Positions 46,485 through 57,764 of a stretch of DNA of 64,000 nt are shown here, in pieces (position 1 is the first letter of the stretch; every line of letters begins with the position of its first letter). Below the pieces are notes generated by a model that had not been told where the DNA came from, did no database searches, and saw only the letters and a list, made by a program, of their open reading frames with translations. The stretch lies in contig CALUBX010000001.1 of assembly GCA_943914405.1 (NCBI GenBank), positions 4,298-68,297 of the forward strand, given 5' to 3'. The DNA comes from an uncultured Hyphomicrobiales bacterium. GTDB lineage: Bacteria; Pseudomonadota; Alphaproteobacteria; Rhizobiales; Rhizobiaceae. The translations under genes were made by a program, and so were the position numbers.

Positions 46485-47650
46485 GCGAGGCCGATAACCG
46501 CGAAGATGCAATCCAGGCCCCCGGTCTTGTTCCACGCATGCGCTTGCGGGCAGAACCGCCGCGCGTCACCCGGCTATCCTGCAAGGTGCTCGCCGGCCTT
46601 GGTCTGGTCGCGTCGCTCGGCATCGGTGGAGCATTGATTTATGCGCTTCAGACCCGAGATCGCGGCAATGGTGGCGAAGAACTCTACTCGACCGAGAACC
46701 GGACCACTGCCGACGGTTTGGCAGGCTTGCCGCGGGACTATACCGGTCCCATCCTGGGGCCGGCTTTGCCGGGGGATCTCGGCCGTCCTATCCTCAGTGC
46801 GCAGGATCGTGGTCAGCCTGTCGTTGTGCCGACGATGACGGCTCCGAACGTCGATCCGGCCGAGCAACGACGCCTCGCCGAAGCGGAAGCTGCCCGAACC
46901 AGCCGCCTGTTCTTCCAGACAGAAACACGGACAACGGCCAGCGCGATAACGCCCAACGCGAATACCACGCCCAATCTTGCCGGGCTCGATCAGGCCGGCA
47001 CTCCCACGGCACAGGACCGGCAGGCCGCCTTCCTCAACGCTGCCGTCGATCGCCGCACGGTTGCAGCCGATCGCGTGATGCCGCCGGCCTCGCCCTATGT
47101 GCTGCAGGCCGGTTCGGTGATATCCGGAGCGCTTATCACCGGCATTCGCTCCGATCTCCCCGGCCAGATCACCGCCCAGGTCACCGAGAATATCTACGAC
47201 AGCCCGACCGGCCGTATTCTGCTTGTGCCGCAGGGTACCCGCATCATTGGCCAATATGATAACAATGTCGGCTTCGGCCAGAGGCGCGTCCTTCTGGTCT
47301 GGAACCGGCTGATATTCCCAAATGGACGATCAATCGTTCTTGAACGGCAGCCTGGCGCCGATACGCAGGGCTATGCCGGTCTCGAGGATGGCGTCGACTA
47401 TCACTGGTGGGATCTGGCGAAAGCTGCTGGCCTCTCGACATTGCTCGCGGTCGGCGCAGAGCTTGCCATGGATGACGAAGACCGGCTGGTTCAGGCTATC
47501 CGCAATGGTGCGCAAGATACCATCAACGATGCTGGCCAGCAGATCATCCGCCGCCAGTTGCAGATCGCGCCCACACTCACCATCAGGCCAGGTTTCCCTG
47601 TGCGGATCATCGTCACCCGTGACCTTGTGATGGAGCCCTATAGAGGTTAA
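46481..47650 (+). CDS. trbI: TrbI/VirB10
   Basis: ITGIRSDLPG, GYAGLED and PTLTIRPG. Confidence 0.93.
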   Translation: MSEADNREDAIQAPGLVPRMRLRAEPPRVTRLSCKVLAGLGLVASLGIGGALIYALQTRDRGNGGEELYSTENRTTADGLAGLPRDYTGPILGPALPGDLGRPILSAQDRGQPVVVPTMTAPNVDPAEQRRLAEAEAARTSRLFFQTETRTTASAITPNANTTPNLAGLDQAGTPTAQDRQAAFLNAAVDRRTVAADRVMPPASPYVLQAGSVISGALITGIRSDLPGQITAQVTENIYDSPTGRILLVPQGTRIIGQYDNNVGFGQRRVLLVWNRLIFPNGRSIVLERQPGADTQGYAGLEDGVDYHWWDLAKAAGLSTLLAVGAELAMDDEDRLVQAIRNGAQDTINDAGQQIIRRQLQIAPTLTIRPGFPVRIIVTRDLVMEPYRG

Positions 47651-47654
47651 CCCG

Positions 47655-47921
47655 ATGGCAAAATTGAAGCTTGGGCCACTCGTCGACGACAGGCCCGTCA
47701 AGGTGAGTATTGAACTTCCCGGACCGCTATATCGGGATCTTGTTGCCTATGCGGAGTTGCTAAACCGTCAGCAACCGGGCCAATCGTCGGCCGATCCCGC
47801 CAAGCTGATCGTGCCTATGCTTCAGCGGTTCATTGCGACCGATCGCGGCTTCGCAAAGGAAAAGCGCGCTGTTCGGGGTGTTTCTGGCGCACCGTCTCAA
47901 ACACCAAAGATTGACGAATAG
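47655..47921 (+). CDS. DUF2274 domain protein
   Basis: KLKLGPL...DLVAYA...FIATDRGF. Confidence 0.85.
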   Translation: MAKLKLGPLVDDRPVKVSIELPGPLYRDLVAYAELLNRQQPGQSSADPAKLIVPMLQRFIATDRGFAKEKRAVRGVSGAPSQTPKIDE

Positions 47922-47950
47922 TGCTAAAGTAGCGGAGCACCCGGCAACGC

Positions 47951-48883
47951 TCACCGAGCGCTATCGGCCTGATTGACAATTGCATTCCATCGCGCTTTTC
48001 CCGTAGCCAGGTCCAGGAAGTGCTTCAGTGCTGGATTGTGATTCTTTGGCGACCAGACAGCACTAAAACGAATGTCTTCCAGGCCATCCGAGATGGGAAC
48101 GAACACGACTTCCTTGTGTGCGCCGCCGGACGTTGACGACAATATGAGCGAAATGCCGAACCCCTCTCCGACCATGTTCAAAAGATTATCTCGTCCGACT
48201 CCCTGAATGGATATTCTCGGTTCGGAATCGGATCTGGAAAGCTGCCGCAGCAGATATTGATCCAATTCCGCCCCAGCGATACCGGCCGGGATCAAGAATG
48301 TCTCGTTGCGCACATCTGCCCAGGAAACGCTCTCTGCCGTTGCAAGAAGATGTCGTTTTGGCAGCGCGAGGAAAAGTCGCTCGGTCCACAGTTGAACCGT
48401 TTTGCAACCGGCTAACTGAGGCTCTCTCGGAAGAAAGGCCACATCGATGCGGCCGCTGAGAAGATTGGCGGCTGCCACTTCGGACGTCGATTCCTCTATT
48501 TTCACCTCTACACCGCGGAAGCGGGAATGATATTCGCCTACGAGATTGGGAAGGAAGCCGCTTGCCAGGGACGTCATCAGCCCGATTCGTATCTCACCTG
48601 TGTCGCCGTGATGCGCCGTTTGCATGTCCTTCACAGCTTGATGCAAATGAGATGCGCCGAATGCTGCGTTTTGCAGAAACCGCGCTCCTGCAGCGGTCAA
48701 TTTTGCTCCGGTCCGACTGCGAGTAAAAAGGGGTACGCCAAGACGCCGTTCAAGCAGTTGGACTCGGCGGCTTACAGTAGATTGGGACATGGCGACGGCA
48801 TCCGCCGCACGGCGAAAACTTCCGTGTTCGGCAACCAATAACGCGTATCGTAAGTATCGCAGGTCAAGCGCGAGGTCTGGCAT
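47951..48883 (-). CDS. LysR-family transcriptional regulator
   Basis: AEHGSFRRAA...SQSTVSRRVQLLERRLGVPLF. Confidence 0.92.
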   Translation of the reverse strand: MPDLALDLRYLRYALLVAEHGSFRRAADAVAMSQSTVSRRVQLLERRLGVPLFTRSRTGAKLTAAGARFLQNAAFGASHLHQAVKDMQTAHHGDTGEIRIGLMTSLASGFLPNLVGEYHSRFRGVEVKIEESTSEVAAANLLSGRIDVAFLPREPQLAGCKTVQLWTERLFLALPKRHLLATAESVSWADVRNETFLIPAGIAGAELDQYLLRQLSRSDSEPRISIQGVGRDNLLNMVGEGFGISLILSSTSGGAHKEVVFVPISDGLEDIRFSAVWSPKNHNPALKHFLDLATGKARWNAIVNQADSAR

Positions 48884-49026
48884 CCAACAGTCTTTTATGC
48901 TGCCCTAAAAGTAATCGCCGAGCGACAATTTGGTTCTTGAAGTCCGCATCCAATCCCTTGCTTTCGCTTTTTTCCCTTCGCCATTCATCTATGCTGCCAA
49001 CTTGACTTGCTCGGTCGGTCGCTCCG

Positions 49027-50034
49027 CTATCCCGTCATGCGAACGCCGACACCTCCATTGTCCGTAATAGGCCGCTCGAGGTCATGCACGTTGCGTTCCG
49101 GTGAGCCCTTCGGATATCTCTTGGCTTCCGGTGGTGAGAACCATGCCCACCCACCCTTACTGGCCCGCTTGATTCGATTTTCTGCCAGATCAGTCGCGTC
49201 GTCAGGATAGAAGCTCACACCAACGCTTGCGCCAAGCACAATCCTCGTCCCGGCAATCCGGATGGGACACTTGAGCGCTCTTTCGACACGTCGGCAAACC
49301 TGCTCTGCCTGGTACGGCGATCTCATGTTCTCGACGAGAATGGCAAACTCATCCCCACCTAATCGGTACACTGTATCGTCGCCGCGAACACACGCGCGAA
49401 GCCTGTTGGCGATCAAGAACAGCGCTTCGTCACCGGCATCATGTCCCAGTAGTTCATTGATTTTCTTGAAATCATCGAGATCGATCAGAATAAGAGCGGT
49501 CATCGGCCGCACGTCGTCTTCATAAGATGTTGCGATACTGGTCCATTTCGCTGACAACCGCTGCCGATTACCAAGGCTCGTCAACGGGTCTTCGAAGGCG
49601 ATGCGTCTTAGCGTCTCCTCCACCCGCTTTCGGTCGGAGACATCCTCGAATGTAGCAATCCCGACCCTTATGTCATGTAGAAGGACGCCACGCTGGTTGA
49701 CGGTGACGATACCGCCATTCGCCGACACCACGTCCAGTTCCAATGGTTCTACTTTGGATATTCCGGTGGAATCGGCTTTCCACAGACGGTTCCAGTACTG
49801 ACGAGCTAACAGTTGCTGTTCCAGTTTTGGATAGCTTTGTTCAATCCATGCATCCACAGTTGAGAAATGACTTTCGTTATAACCGAAGGTCTCCTTGAAA
49901 GCACGGTTCATGAATTGGATATTACCCACCGGTATTGTCGCCCACGAGATTGGAATTGGCAGAGCATCAAGAATGATGTGCTTATCCCGAAGCGAGAGCC
50001 TGGTATGCTTTACTCGCTCAAGAAACTCCTCCAC
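49027..50034 (-). CDS. PAS-GGDEF diguanylate cyclase with a probable small C-terminal deletion
   Basis: DPLT, DLDDFKKIN, GHDAGD and RLGGDEF are present; the usual AD-x-ALY helix is absent. Confidence 0.8.
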   Translation of the reverse strand: MEEFLERVKHTRLSLRDKHIILDALPIPISWATIPVGNIQFMNRAFKETFGYNESHFSTVDAWIEQSYPKLEQQLLARQYWNRLWKADSTGISKVEPLELDVVSANGGIVTVNQRGVLLHDIRVGIATFEDVSDRKRVEETLRRIAFEDPLTSLGNRQRLSAKWTSIATSYEDDVRPMTALILIDLDDFKKINELLGHDAGDEALFLIANRLRACVRGDDTVYRLGGDEFAILVENMRSPYQAEQVCRRVERALKCPIRIAGTRIVLGASVGVSFYPDDATDLAENRIKRASKGGWAWFSPPEAKRYPKGSPERNVHDLERPITDNGGVGVRMTG

Positions 50035-50153
50035 GCTATCTCCTGTTGCAACTCCGCATTGTTTACCTTCGTGAATTTTCCGTTTTCGAGCATTTCATAG
50101 CTTCAGGAAGGATTGCTGTTCCGTGTCACGCACACCTTCCTCACCCTGTTCGA

Positions 50154-50348
50154 TCACTCTTTGGAGCGGGGGCCGAAGAGCGCTTTAACAACACGCGGAC
50201 CGTACCAGACGATGACAGCCAAAGCTGCGATCAACAACAGCGTGCCGACCATTTCGTAGACAGGAAAACCCACCGCGTCTCTTGAAACGAAGAGGGCCAC
50301 CACAACGCCTGCAGCAGACAGAATTGCTTGGGCTAGGATACGAACCAT
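50154..50348 (-). CDS. small two-TM membrane protein
   Basis: 64-aa hydrophobic ORF downstream of xfp. Confidence 0.55.
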   Translation of the reverse strand: MVRILAQAILSAAGVVVALFVSRDAVGFPVYEMVGTLLLIAALAVIVWYGPRVVKALFGPRSKE

Positions 50349-50421
50349 AGGAAACGTCTCGAATTCTTGTCACAAACGTTCTGGAGCAGGGACAGGCTGG
50401 ATGTTGTTCTACTGTCGAAAA

Positions 50422-52830
50422 CTAAGAACCGGATCGCCATGCCCAGTCCCTGATTTCTGGCATATCCTCGCCATGTTCACAGACATAGGCGAAATGCTCC
50501 TGCAGCTTGCCGCGCAGGCTTTCGACCACATGACCGGCCCTTTCCTTCAGGCCCGGCACGCGCTCGATCGCCTCGATGGCGAGGTGGTAGCGGTCGAGCT
50601 GGTTCAGCACCGTCATGTCGAAGGGCGTCGTGGTCGTGCCTTCCTCAACGAAACCTCGGACATGGATGTTCTGATGGTTGGTGCGTTTATAGGTCAGCCG
50701 GTGGATGAGGTAGGGGTAGCCGTGATAGGCGAAGATCACCGGCCGCTCGGTGGTGAACATCCGGTCGAAATCCTCGTCGGAAATCCCGTGCGGATGCTGA
50801 TCCTTTGATTGCAGCGTCATCAGGTCGACGACGTTGACGACGCGAATCTTCAGGTCCGGGATCGCTTCTCTCAGAATGGATACCGCAGCCAGTGTTTCCA
50901 TCGTCGGCACGTCGCCGGCGCATGCCATCACCACGTCAGGCGAGATCGTATCCTCTTCATTGCCAGCCCAGTCCCATATGCCGATACCGGCCTGGCAATG
51001 CTTGGCGGCATCCTCGATGCTGAGCCATTGCGGCTCCGGCTGCTTGCCGGCGACGATCACGTTGATCCGGTCCCAGGTTTTGAGGCAATGGTCGGCCACC
51101 CACAGAAGCGTGTTGGCATCTGGCGGCAGGTAGATGCGCACCACGTCTGCCTTCTTGTTGGCGACGAGATCGACGAAGCCCGGATCCTGGTGGCTGAAGC
51201 CGTTATGGTCCTGCCGCCACACGTGCGAGGTGAGCAGGTAGTTGAGCGACGAGACCGGCTTTCTCCATTCTAGCTCGCGCGTCACCTTCAGCCACTTGGC
51301 ATGCTGGTTGAACATGCTGTCGATGATGTGGATGAAGGCTTCGTAGCAGGAGAAGAAGCCGTGCCGGCCGGTCAGCAGGTAGCCTTCCAGCCATCCCTGG
51401 CACAGATGCTCCGACAGCACTTCCATCACCCGCCCGTCGGGCGACAGATGTACGTCATAGGGTTCGATCTTCTCCATCCAAACGCGGTCGGTCACGTCGA
51501 ACACGGCACCCAGCCGGTTCGATTCCGTCTCGTCCGGGCCGAAGATGCGAAAATTCTTCTCCGTATCGTTGAGGGTCAGGATGTCCCGTAGATATTTCCC
51601 GAGGACTTCCGTCGTCTGCACCACGGTCTTGCCGGGCTCCGGCACATCGACCGCGTAGTCGGAAAGCGGCGGGCATTTCAATTCCTTGCGCAGCACCCCG
51701 CCATTGGCATGCGGGTTGGCACCCATGCGGCGTTCGCCTTCCGGCGCCAGCGCCTTCAGTTCCGGCTTCAGCCCGCCAGCGAGGTCGAACAGATCTTCCG
51801 GATCGTAGGAACGCATCCACTCTTCGAGGATCTTGCGGTGGTCTTCATTCTCCCGGCAATTGGCGACCGGCACCTGGTGCGAGCGCCAGAAACCCTCGAC
51901 CTTCTTGCCGTCGACTTCCTTTGGCCCCGTCCAACCTTTCGGGCTGCGCAGCACGATCATCGGCCAGCGCGGCAGTTCGGCATAGGGCGTTCCACCCCCC
52001 TTTGAACTATGGCGAGCCTTGTCCTGGATAACCCGGATCGTATCCGTTGCCTTGTCCATTGCGCCTGCCATCAGCCGGTGCATCGCTTCCGGCTCATGGC
52101 CTTCGACGAAGATCGGCTCGTAGCCATAGCCTTCGAACAGTTTCTTGAGATCCTCGTCGGGAATGCGCGAAAGCAGCGTCGGATTGGCGATCTTGTAGCC
52201 GTTCAAATGCAGAATCGGCAGAACGGCACCGTCGCGGGCGGGGTTGAGAAACTTGTTGGAATGCCAGCTTGCGGCGAGCGGTCCGGTTTCCGCCTCACCG
52301 TCACCCACCACGCAGGCGACGATCAGGTTCGGGTTGTCGAAGGCCGCGCCATACGCATGCACGAGTGCATAGCCGAGTTCGCCGCCTTCATGGATCGATC
52401 CGGGCGTTTCCGGTGCCGCATGGCTCGGAATGCCGCCGGGGAAGGAGAACTGCCGGAACAGCCTGTGCATGCCCTCGGCGTCTTCCGGAACCTCTGGATA
52501 GATCTCGCTATAGATGCCCTCGAGCCAGGTATTGGCGACCATGCCTGGGCCGCCATGGCCCGGACCGCAAATATAGATGACGCTGAGGTTGCGCTTTTTG
52601 ATCACCCGGTTGAGATGCGCGTAGATGAAGTTCAGCCCCGGCGTTGTGCCCCAGTGGCCGAGCAGGCGCGGCTTGATATGCTGGGGCTGCAGCGGTTCGC
52701 GCAGGAGCGGATTATCGAGAAGATAGATCTGGCCGACCGATAGATAATTGGCGGCGCACCAGTAGCGATGGATTAGATTGATTTCTGCGGCGTCCAATGA
52801 GGCTGCCGTGTTGAAATTTTTTTGCTGCAT
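50422..52830 (-). CDS. xfp: phosphoketolase (XFP family)
   Basis: [28 protein letters not shown] and [10 protein letters not shown]. Confidence 0.95.
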   Translation of the reverse strand: MQQKNFNTAASLDAAEINLIHRYWCAANYLSVGQIYLLDNPLLREPLQPQHIKPRLLGHWGTTPGLNFIYAHLNRVIKKRNLSVIYICGPGHGGPGMVANTWLEGIYSEIYPEVPEDAEGMHRLFRQFSFPGGIPSHAAPETPGSIHEGGELGYALVHAYGAAFDNPNLIVACVVGDGEAETGPLAASWHSNKFLNPARDGAVLPILHLNGYKIANPTLLSRIPDEDLKKLFEGYGYEPIFVEGHEPEAMHRLMAGAMDKATDTIRVIQDKARHSSKGGGTPYAELPRWPMIVLRSPKGWTGPKEVDGKKVEGFWRSHQVPVANCRENEDHRKILEEWMRSYDPEDLFDLAGGLKPELKALAPEGERRMGANPHANGGVLRKELKCPPLSDYAVDVPEPGKTVVQTTEVLGKYLRDILTLNDTEKNFRIFGPDETESNRLGAVFDVTDRVWMEKIEPYDVHLSPDGRVMEVLSEHLCQGWLEGYLLTGRHGFFSCYEAFIHIIDSMFNQHAKWLKVTRELEWRKPVSSLNYLLTSHVWRQDHNGFSHQDPGFVDLVANKKADVVRIYLPPDANTLLWVADHCLKTWDRINVIVAGKQPEPQWLSIEDAAKHCQAGIGIWDWAGNEEDTISPDVVMACAGDVPTMETLAAVSILREAIPDLKIRVVNVVDLMTLQSKDQHPHGISDEDFDRMFTTERPVIFAYHGYPYLIHRLTYKRTNHQNIHVRGFVEEGTTTTPFDMTVLNQLDRYHLAIEAIERVPGLKERAGHVVESLRGKLQEHFAYVCEHGEDMPEIRDWAWRSGS

Positions 52831-53182
52831 ATTCCCGCCCTCAGCTCGCCCAAAGCACGCCAACAGTTTGGCTGACGTGGGAAAAACCAGCATCCCCTGA
52901 ATCGACATGCTAATTCCAAGTCATCATGTGATGACTATCAGCGACCATATATCCGTTCATGTGGGATGATGGCAAGTGAAAATACAGAAACTATTGCGTT
53001 TATTCGTTGACGACTGAGATTATTGTTGGTCATGGTGATGGGCACCCAGAATTTACTGAGTGATAGAAAGAAGTGAACTCTTGCGACGGCTGGAAGACAT
53101 TGTCTCCCCAACGGAAATATTGCTGGACCGGCGGCTGCATGAGCTCATTGTCAGCAGGATGCCGGATTTCCGTCGTAGTTGA

Positions 53183-53371
53183 TCAGTCTTCCAGATGTCT
53201 GGCGTTGCCACCCATGGCCACACCACCGTCGACAGGTAGTGCATGGCCAATCACGTAGCTGCCAGCGTCCGATGCAAGCCACATCATTGCTTGAGCAACC
53301 TCGAGCCCAATACCGCTGGCTGCGCCAGTAATGGGTACAATATAGCCGCCAAAACCATAAGTGACGTTCAT
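53183..53371 (-). pseudogene. short-chain dehydrogenase remnant with a large internal deletion
   Basis: ITGAASGIGL fused directly to EVAQAMMWLASDAGSYVIGHALPVDGG. Confidence 0.75.
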
Positions 53372-53422
53372 TGCCCATTTTCCCTTCATCGTTAAAAGCC
53401 AACGATACAACCTCGCTGACAG

Positions 53423-54682
53423 TCAGTAAGCGATCTGGCCATTGACTAGTCCTCCAGACGTCCCGGACAGTTCCTGTTGCAAGATCTTTCGCGCTTCTGG
53501 GCTGACCACCGACATCGGGGCCGCAACGACAGTTCTCGCCGCGGAGCCGGCCAGATTGACCGTACCGATTGCAGCCATCCCGACGTGATCGGCCAATGTC
53601 ACCTGGCCGCCCTCGAGGGATTGTCCAGCCAGACGTTTCCCCAGGAGCCCGATGATTTCTGGACTATCGGCAAAGGCGTTGTGACCGAGGGCGTCCTTGG
53701 AACGCACGGTGCTGGTATCGATCACTGTGATCCCAAGCTGTTTCAGCACGCCGGTATAAGGGGTGGTATCGACACCGCCGACACGGTTGACTCCACCGGA
53801 GATCCATCTCGAAACCTCAAGCGCCCGGTCGCGCGTCGAGGCAAAAATGGTGAACTGCGGCCGCTTCGGCCCCATCTCTATGAGTTGACGGCGGAAGACG
53901 TCGACATCGATATCGGGCGACGCCAGCACGACGTTGCGGACCTTCGCCGGGATCGTCTTTTCGCGCATCGCGATCCCGCGCAGAGCCTCGGCCGTCAGCC
54001 ATGTCCCCATGGAATGGGCAAGGATCGTGATATCGCCGACGTCAGGGCTGCGGGCAGCCTGGATGATCAAATCCTCCAGGGCACGGCGTGAATAGTTCGT
54101 GCTTTCCTTGTCGTAGAGATAGCCAAGAACGCTGGCACGGGAGGGCCAGGTGAACAGGATCGGAGCGGCATCGGTTCCCGCGTCATGGGTGATCTGGGCA
54201 AAACGAAAGACAGCATCTGCATAGGTGTTGTTGAAGCCATGCACGAAGATGATCACCTGCCGCTTTGCATTACGGTTCTTGCGAAACCAGTTGAGCGCCT
54301 GATGCTCTGAGCTGACCTTCTCGTCCTTGAGCACGGCGAACTCTTTCTCAGGGTTCGGGGGCACGCGCTTCGGCCACTGGACCTCCCCGACCTTCCGCGC
54401 CTCATCCGGCGGGATGGAAACGGTGAGGTTGTTGAGCGAGATCGCCGTTCCGCGCTCTCCGGAATAAAGCTCGCCGGGATCTGCGGCGGGTTTTCGGGTG
54501 GTCGCGACCAGCATGTCGACGCGGCTTGTGTCGTTCGTCGTCAACGCCACGGGCTGAAGGACATTCTCCGGCCGGCCCGCGCAGCCGCTGAGCATGGAAA
54601 GAAGGAGGGGAAACAATACGATGCGCCCTCGCCATGAGCGCGAATTGCGTGAGCAGGCTTTTCGGGCGGCAACGGCATTCAT
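53423..54682 (-). CDS. alpha/beta hydrolase lipoprotein (DUF900-like)
   Basis: Lipobox LSGC, FVHGFN, FTWPS, AHSMG and SPDID; start uncertain (54682 or 54730). Confidence 0.82.
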   Translation of the reverse strand: MNAVAARKACSRNSRSWRGRIVLFPLLLSMLSGCAGRPENVLQPVALTTNDTSRVDMLVATTRKPAADPGELYSGERGTAISLNNLTVSIPPDEARKVGEVQWPKRVPPNPEKEFAVLKDEKVSSEHQALNWFRKNRNAKRQVIIFVHGFNNTYADAVFRFAQITHDAGTDAAPILFTWPSRASVLGYLYDKESTNYSRRALEDLIIQAARSPDVGDITILAHSMGTWLTAEALRGIAMREKTIPAKVRNVVLASPDIDVDVFRRQLIEMGPKRPQFTIFASTRDRALEVSRWISGGVNRVGGVDTTPYTGVLKQLGITVIDTSTVRSKDALGHNAFADSPEIIGLLGKRLAGQSLEGGQVTLADHVGMAAIGTVNLAGSAARTVVAAPMSVVSPEARKILQQELSGTSGGLVNGQIAY

Positions 54683-54713
54683 TGACGAAAGCCGTCGTAG
54701 CGATGACGTGTAG

Positions 54714-57700
54714 TCAATTGTGTTCGACATCGCGGGGAATCCTGAACCAGGTTACGTAGAGAGCGGGAAGGAACAGCAGGGTCAGGACGGTTCCGACGAC
54801 GATGCCGCCCATCATGGCGTAGGCCATCGGTCCCCAGAACACCTCTCTTGAGATGGGGATCAACGCCAGCGTCGCCGCGGCGGCCGTCAGCATGATCGGT
54901 CGCATCCGATGCTCCGTCGCCTCGACGACGGCCTGCCACGGAGGGGTCCCTGCCTTGCGCAGGTCTTCGATCTGGACGATCAGGATGACCGAGTTTCGGA
55001 TGAGGATACCGATCAGGGCAAGCACGCCGAGGATTGCGACGAAACCTAATGGCGCTCGACTCAGAACGAGCACAGCGACGACACCGATCAAGGCGAGCGG
55101 GGCGACCGAGAAGACGAGGAGCAATCTATGGAAGCTTTGAAGTTGCGTCATCAGAAGCGTCGTCATGACGAAAATCATGACCGGCACCACATTGATAATC
55201 GGCGCCTGGGACTTGGAGCTCTCCTCGACCGTACCGCCGACGGCGATATCGTATCCCGGTTCCAAAGAGGCTTTCAGTTCTTCTATCTTCGGGTCGAGCT
55301 GCCGAACTATCGTCGCAGGCTGCATCGTGTCCCTTATACCGGCCTTGATCGTGATCGTCGGTATCCGGTTGCGTCGCCAGATCGTCGGTTGCTCCAGGTC
55401 GTAATCGAATTTGGCGACGGAGGAGAGCGGGATGGACTTCCCGCTGGCGCTTGGCAGTTGGAGATCGAGCAGACTGTCAATAGAGGCGCGTTCTTGTGCC
55501 TCCGCCCGTCCGACAACGTTGATCAGATAGATCGCATCGCGGACCTGCGTCACGGTCGCGCCCTGGACGATGCCGTTCAGCGCCGTTGCGATATCCTCGG
55601 AAGAAACACCGAGCTGCCGGGCCTTGTCCTGGAGAACGTCGACCTTCACTACCCGTGCAGGCTCATTCCAGTCGAAGACGAGGCCGGTCAGAGAAGAATC
55701 GGACATCACGATCCCGGCAGTTTTTTGCGCTAACTCGCGCACTTTCTGAATATCCGGGCCAGAAATTCGGTACTGGACCGGCTTGCCGACCGGCGGACCG
55801 AAGTCCAGCGTCTTGACGAAAGCGTCGGTGCCCGGAAAAGTCTTCAGCAAATAAGCCTGCAAGTCGGCCCTGAGCCGGTCGCGGACCTCAAGACCCTTCG
55901 AGACGATGACGATCTGGCCGAAGGTGGGATCGTCGGGCTGGACGTCGAAGGACAGAATGAAGCGCGGGGCACCCCTACCGACATAGCTCGACCAGTGATC
56001 GATGTCGGGATTGCCGGCGAGCTTCTCCCGCTCGAATTGCGCCATCTGCCGGTTCGTCTCGGCCATGGAACTGTTTTGCGGCAGGTTCCAGTCGATGATC
56101 AACTCCGGACGGTCGGACGCGGGAAAGAATTGCTGCTGAACCAGCGACATCCCGGCAACGGACAGGCCAAACGCGGCGACTGTCACGATGATGGTCGTCC
56201 AGCGAAAGCGAAGGCAGAGCTGAAGCAGCCATGAGAAGGCTGCTCCCATACGGCTCTTGTGCTCCTCGTGCTTTTTCATTGTCTTCGGCAGGATCGTCAC
56301 GCCCAGCAGAGGGGTGAACAGAACGGCGACGATCCAGGACACGGTCAGCGAAACCGCCAGTACGACGAAAAGCGTGAAGGTGAATTCGCCGGCGCTGCTG
56401 TTGTTGAAACCGATCGGCAGGAACCCTGCGACGGTGACCAGCGTGCCGGTCAGCATCGGAAAGGCAGTCGATATGTAGACATGGGTCGCGGCCTTGCGCA
56501 GAGTGTCACCGACCTCCAGGCGGGCCACCATCATTTCGACGGCGATCATTGCATCGTCGACCAGAAGGCCGAGCGCGATAATGAGGGCGCCGAGCGAGAT
56601 ACGCTGCAGCGAAATACCGGAATACTGCATCACCATGAAGGTGATGGCGAGCACCAGCGGGATGGAGATCGCCACGACCAGCCCGGCGCGCAGGCCAAGG
56701 CTGATGAAGCTGATGGCGAGCACGATGGCGACAGCCTCGAACAAAGCTCTGGTAAAGCCGGAAACGGCTTCGTCGACCACGGCCGGTTGATCTGAGACAT
56801 GATCGACGGACACGCCGAGCGGCAGATCCTGCACGATGCGCTCCATCATCTCGTCGAGAGCGTGACCAAATTCGAGTAGATTGCCACCGGCCTTCATTCC
56901 GATTGCAAGCCCGATCGCCGGCTTGCCATTGAACCGGAACAGCGACGATGGAGGATCGACGTAACCACGTTTGACGGTTGCAACATCCGTCAGCGGAAAA
57001 AAGCGATCGTTGACGCGCAGGTTGATCGCCCGGAGGCTGTCTTCGGAGATGAAGCGGCCACCGACGCGCAGAGCGATGCGCTCCGGCCCGGCGTCGATGA
57101 AGCCCGATTGGGTGACGGCATTCTGCTTTTGCAGGGTTTCGACGATGTCGGACTGATTGATTCCAAGCGCTGCGATCTTGCGGGTGGAGAACTCCAGATA
57201 GATCACCTCGTCCTGGGCGCCAATGATGTCGACCTTGCCAACATTCGGCACTGTCAGGACCTTGGTGCGGGCATCCTCGACGAGATCGCGCAACTGCCTC
57301 TGATTCAAGCCGTCGGCGGTGAAGGCAAAGATGTTTCCGTAAACATCGCCGAATTGATCGTTGAAGAAGGGGCCGACGACGCCTGACGGAAACTGCTGCT
57401 GGATGTCGCCAATCATGTTGCGGACGCGCTGCCAGGTCGCTGGGACATTGCGCGCCTTGGTGGTCGGAAGAAGATCAACGAAGATCGTGGTCTTGCCGGC
57501 GGTCGTGAGGCTCCGCGTCCGATCGAGGCTGTCGAGCTCCTGAAGCTTTTTCTCGATGCGATCGGTGACCTGCTGGGTGACCTCTTCGGCCGAAGCGCCC
57601 GGCCATTGCGCCTGGATCACCATCGTCTTGATAGTAAAAGACGGATCCTCCTCGCGTCCAAGGTTGAGGTAAGCGTACATGCCAGCGACCGCGAAGGCGA

Positions 57701-57764
57701 TCATGAAATACCAGACGAAGGAACGATGTTCGAGCGCCCAGTCCGATAGATTGAAATTCTTCAT
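54714..57764 (-). CDS. RND efflux permease (AcrB/AcrD/AcrF family)
   Basis: LGREEDPSF, GLLVDDAMI and RMRPIMLT; 1016 aa. Confidence 0.95.
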   Translation of the reverse strand: MKNFNLSDWALEHRSFVWYFMIAFAVAGMYAYLNLGREEDPSFTIKTMVIQAQWPGASAEEVTQQVTDRIEKKLQELDSLDRTRSLTTAGKTTIFVDLLPTTKARNVPATWQRVRNMIGDIQQQFPSGVVGPFFNDQFGDVYGNIFAFTADGLNQRQLRDLVEDARTKVLTVPNVGKVDIIGAQDEVIYLEFSTRKIAALGINQSDIVETLQKQNAVTQSGFIDAGPERIALRVGGRFISEDSLRAINLRVNDRFFPLTDVATVKRGYVDPPSSLFRFNGKPAIGLAIGMKAGGNLLEFGHALDEMMERIVQDLPLGVSVDHVSDQPAVVDEAVSGFTRALFEAVAIVLAISFISLGLRAGLVVAISIPLVLAITFMVMQYSGISLQRISLGALIIALGLLVDDAMIAVEMMVARLEVGDTLRKAATHVYISTAFPMLTGTLVTVAGFLPIGFNNSSAGEFTFTLFVVLAVSLTVSWIVAVLFTPLLGVTILPKTMKKHEEHKSRMGAAFSWLLQLCLRFRWTTIIVTVAAFGLSVAGMSLVQQQFFPASDRPELIIDWNLPQNSSMAETNRQMAQFEREKLAGNPDIDHWSSYVGRGAPRFILSFDVQPDDPTFGQIVIVSKGLEVRDRLRADLQAYLLKTFPGTDAFVKTLDFGPPVGKPVQYRISGPDIQKVRELAQKTAGIVMSDSSLTGLVFDWNEPARVVKVDVLQDKARQLGVSSEDIATALNGIVQGATVTQVRDAIYLINVVGRAEAQERASIDSLLDLQLPSASGKSIPLSSVAKFDYDLEQPTIWRRNRIPTITIKAGIRDTMQPATIVRQLDPKIEELKASLEPGYDIAVGGTVEESSKSQAPIINVVPVMIFVMTTLLMTQLQSFHRLLLVFSVAPLALIGVVAVLVLSRAPLGFVAILGVLALIGILIRNSVILIVQIEDLRKAGTPPWQAVVEATEHRMRPIMLTAAAATLALIPISREVFWGPMAYAMMGGIVVGTVLTLLFLPALYVTWFRIPRDVEHN

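Larger units (their letters stand above)
4341..47921 (+). mobile_element. Tn4371/ICEMlSym-like ICE backbone (true ends not identified; flanking defence and cargo regions probably belong to it)
   Basis: Conserved gene order DUF932, parB, strawberry notch, toprim, DUF2493, ssb, DUF2285, rdfS, repA, parA, parG, DUF2840, traF, relaxase, traG, copG, trbB-I, DUF2274. Confidence 0.9.
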
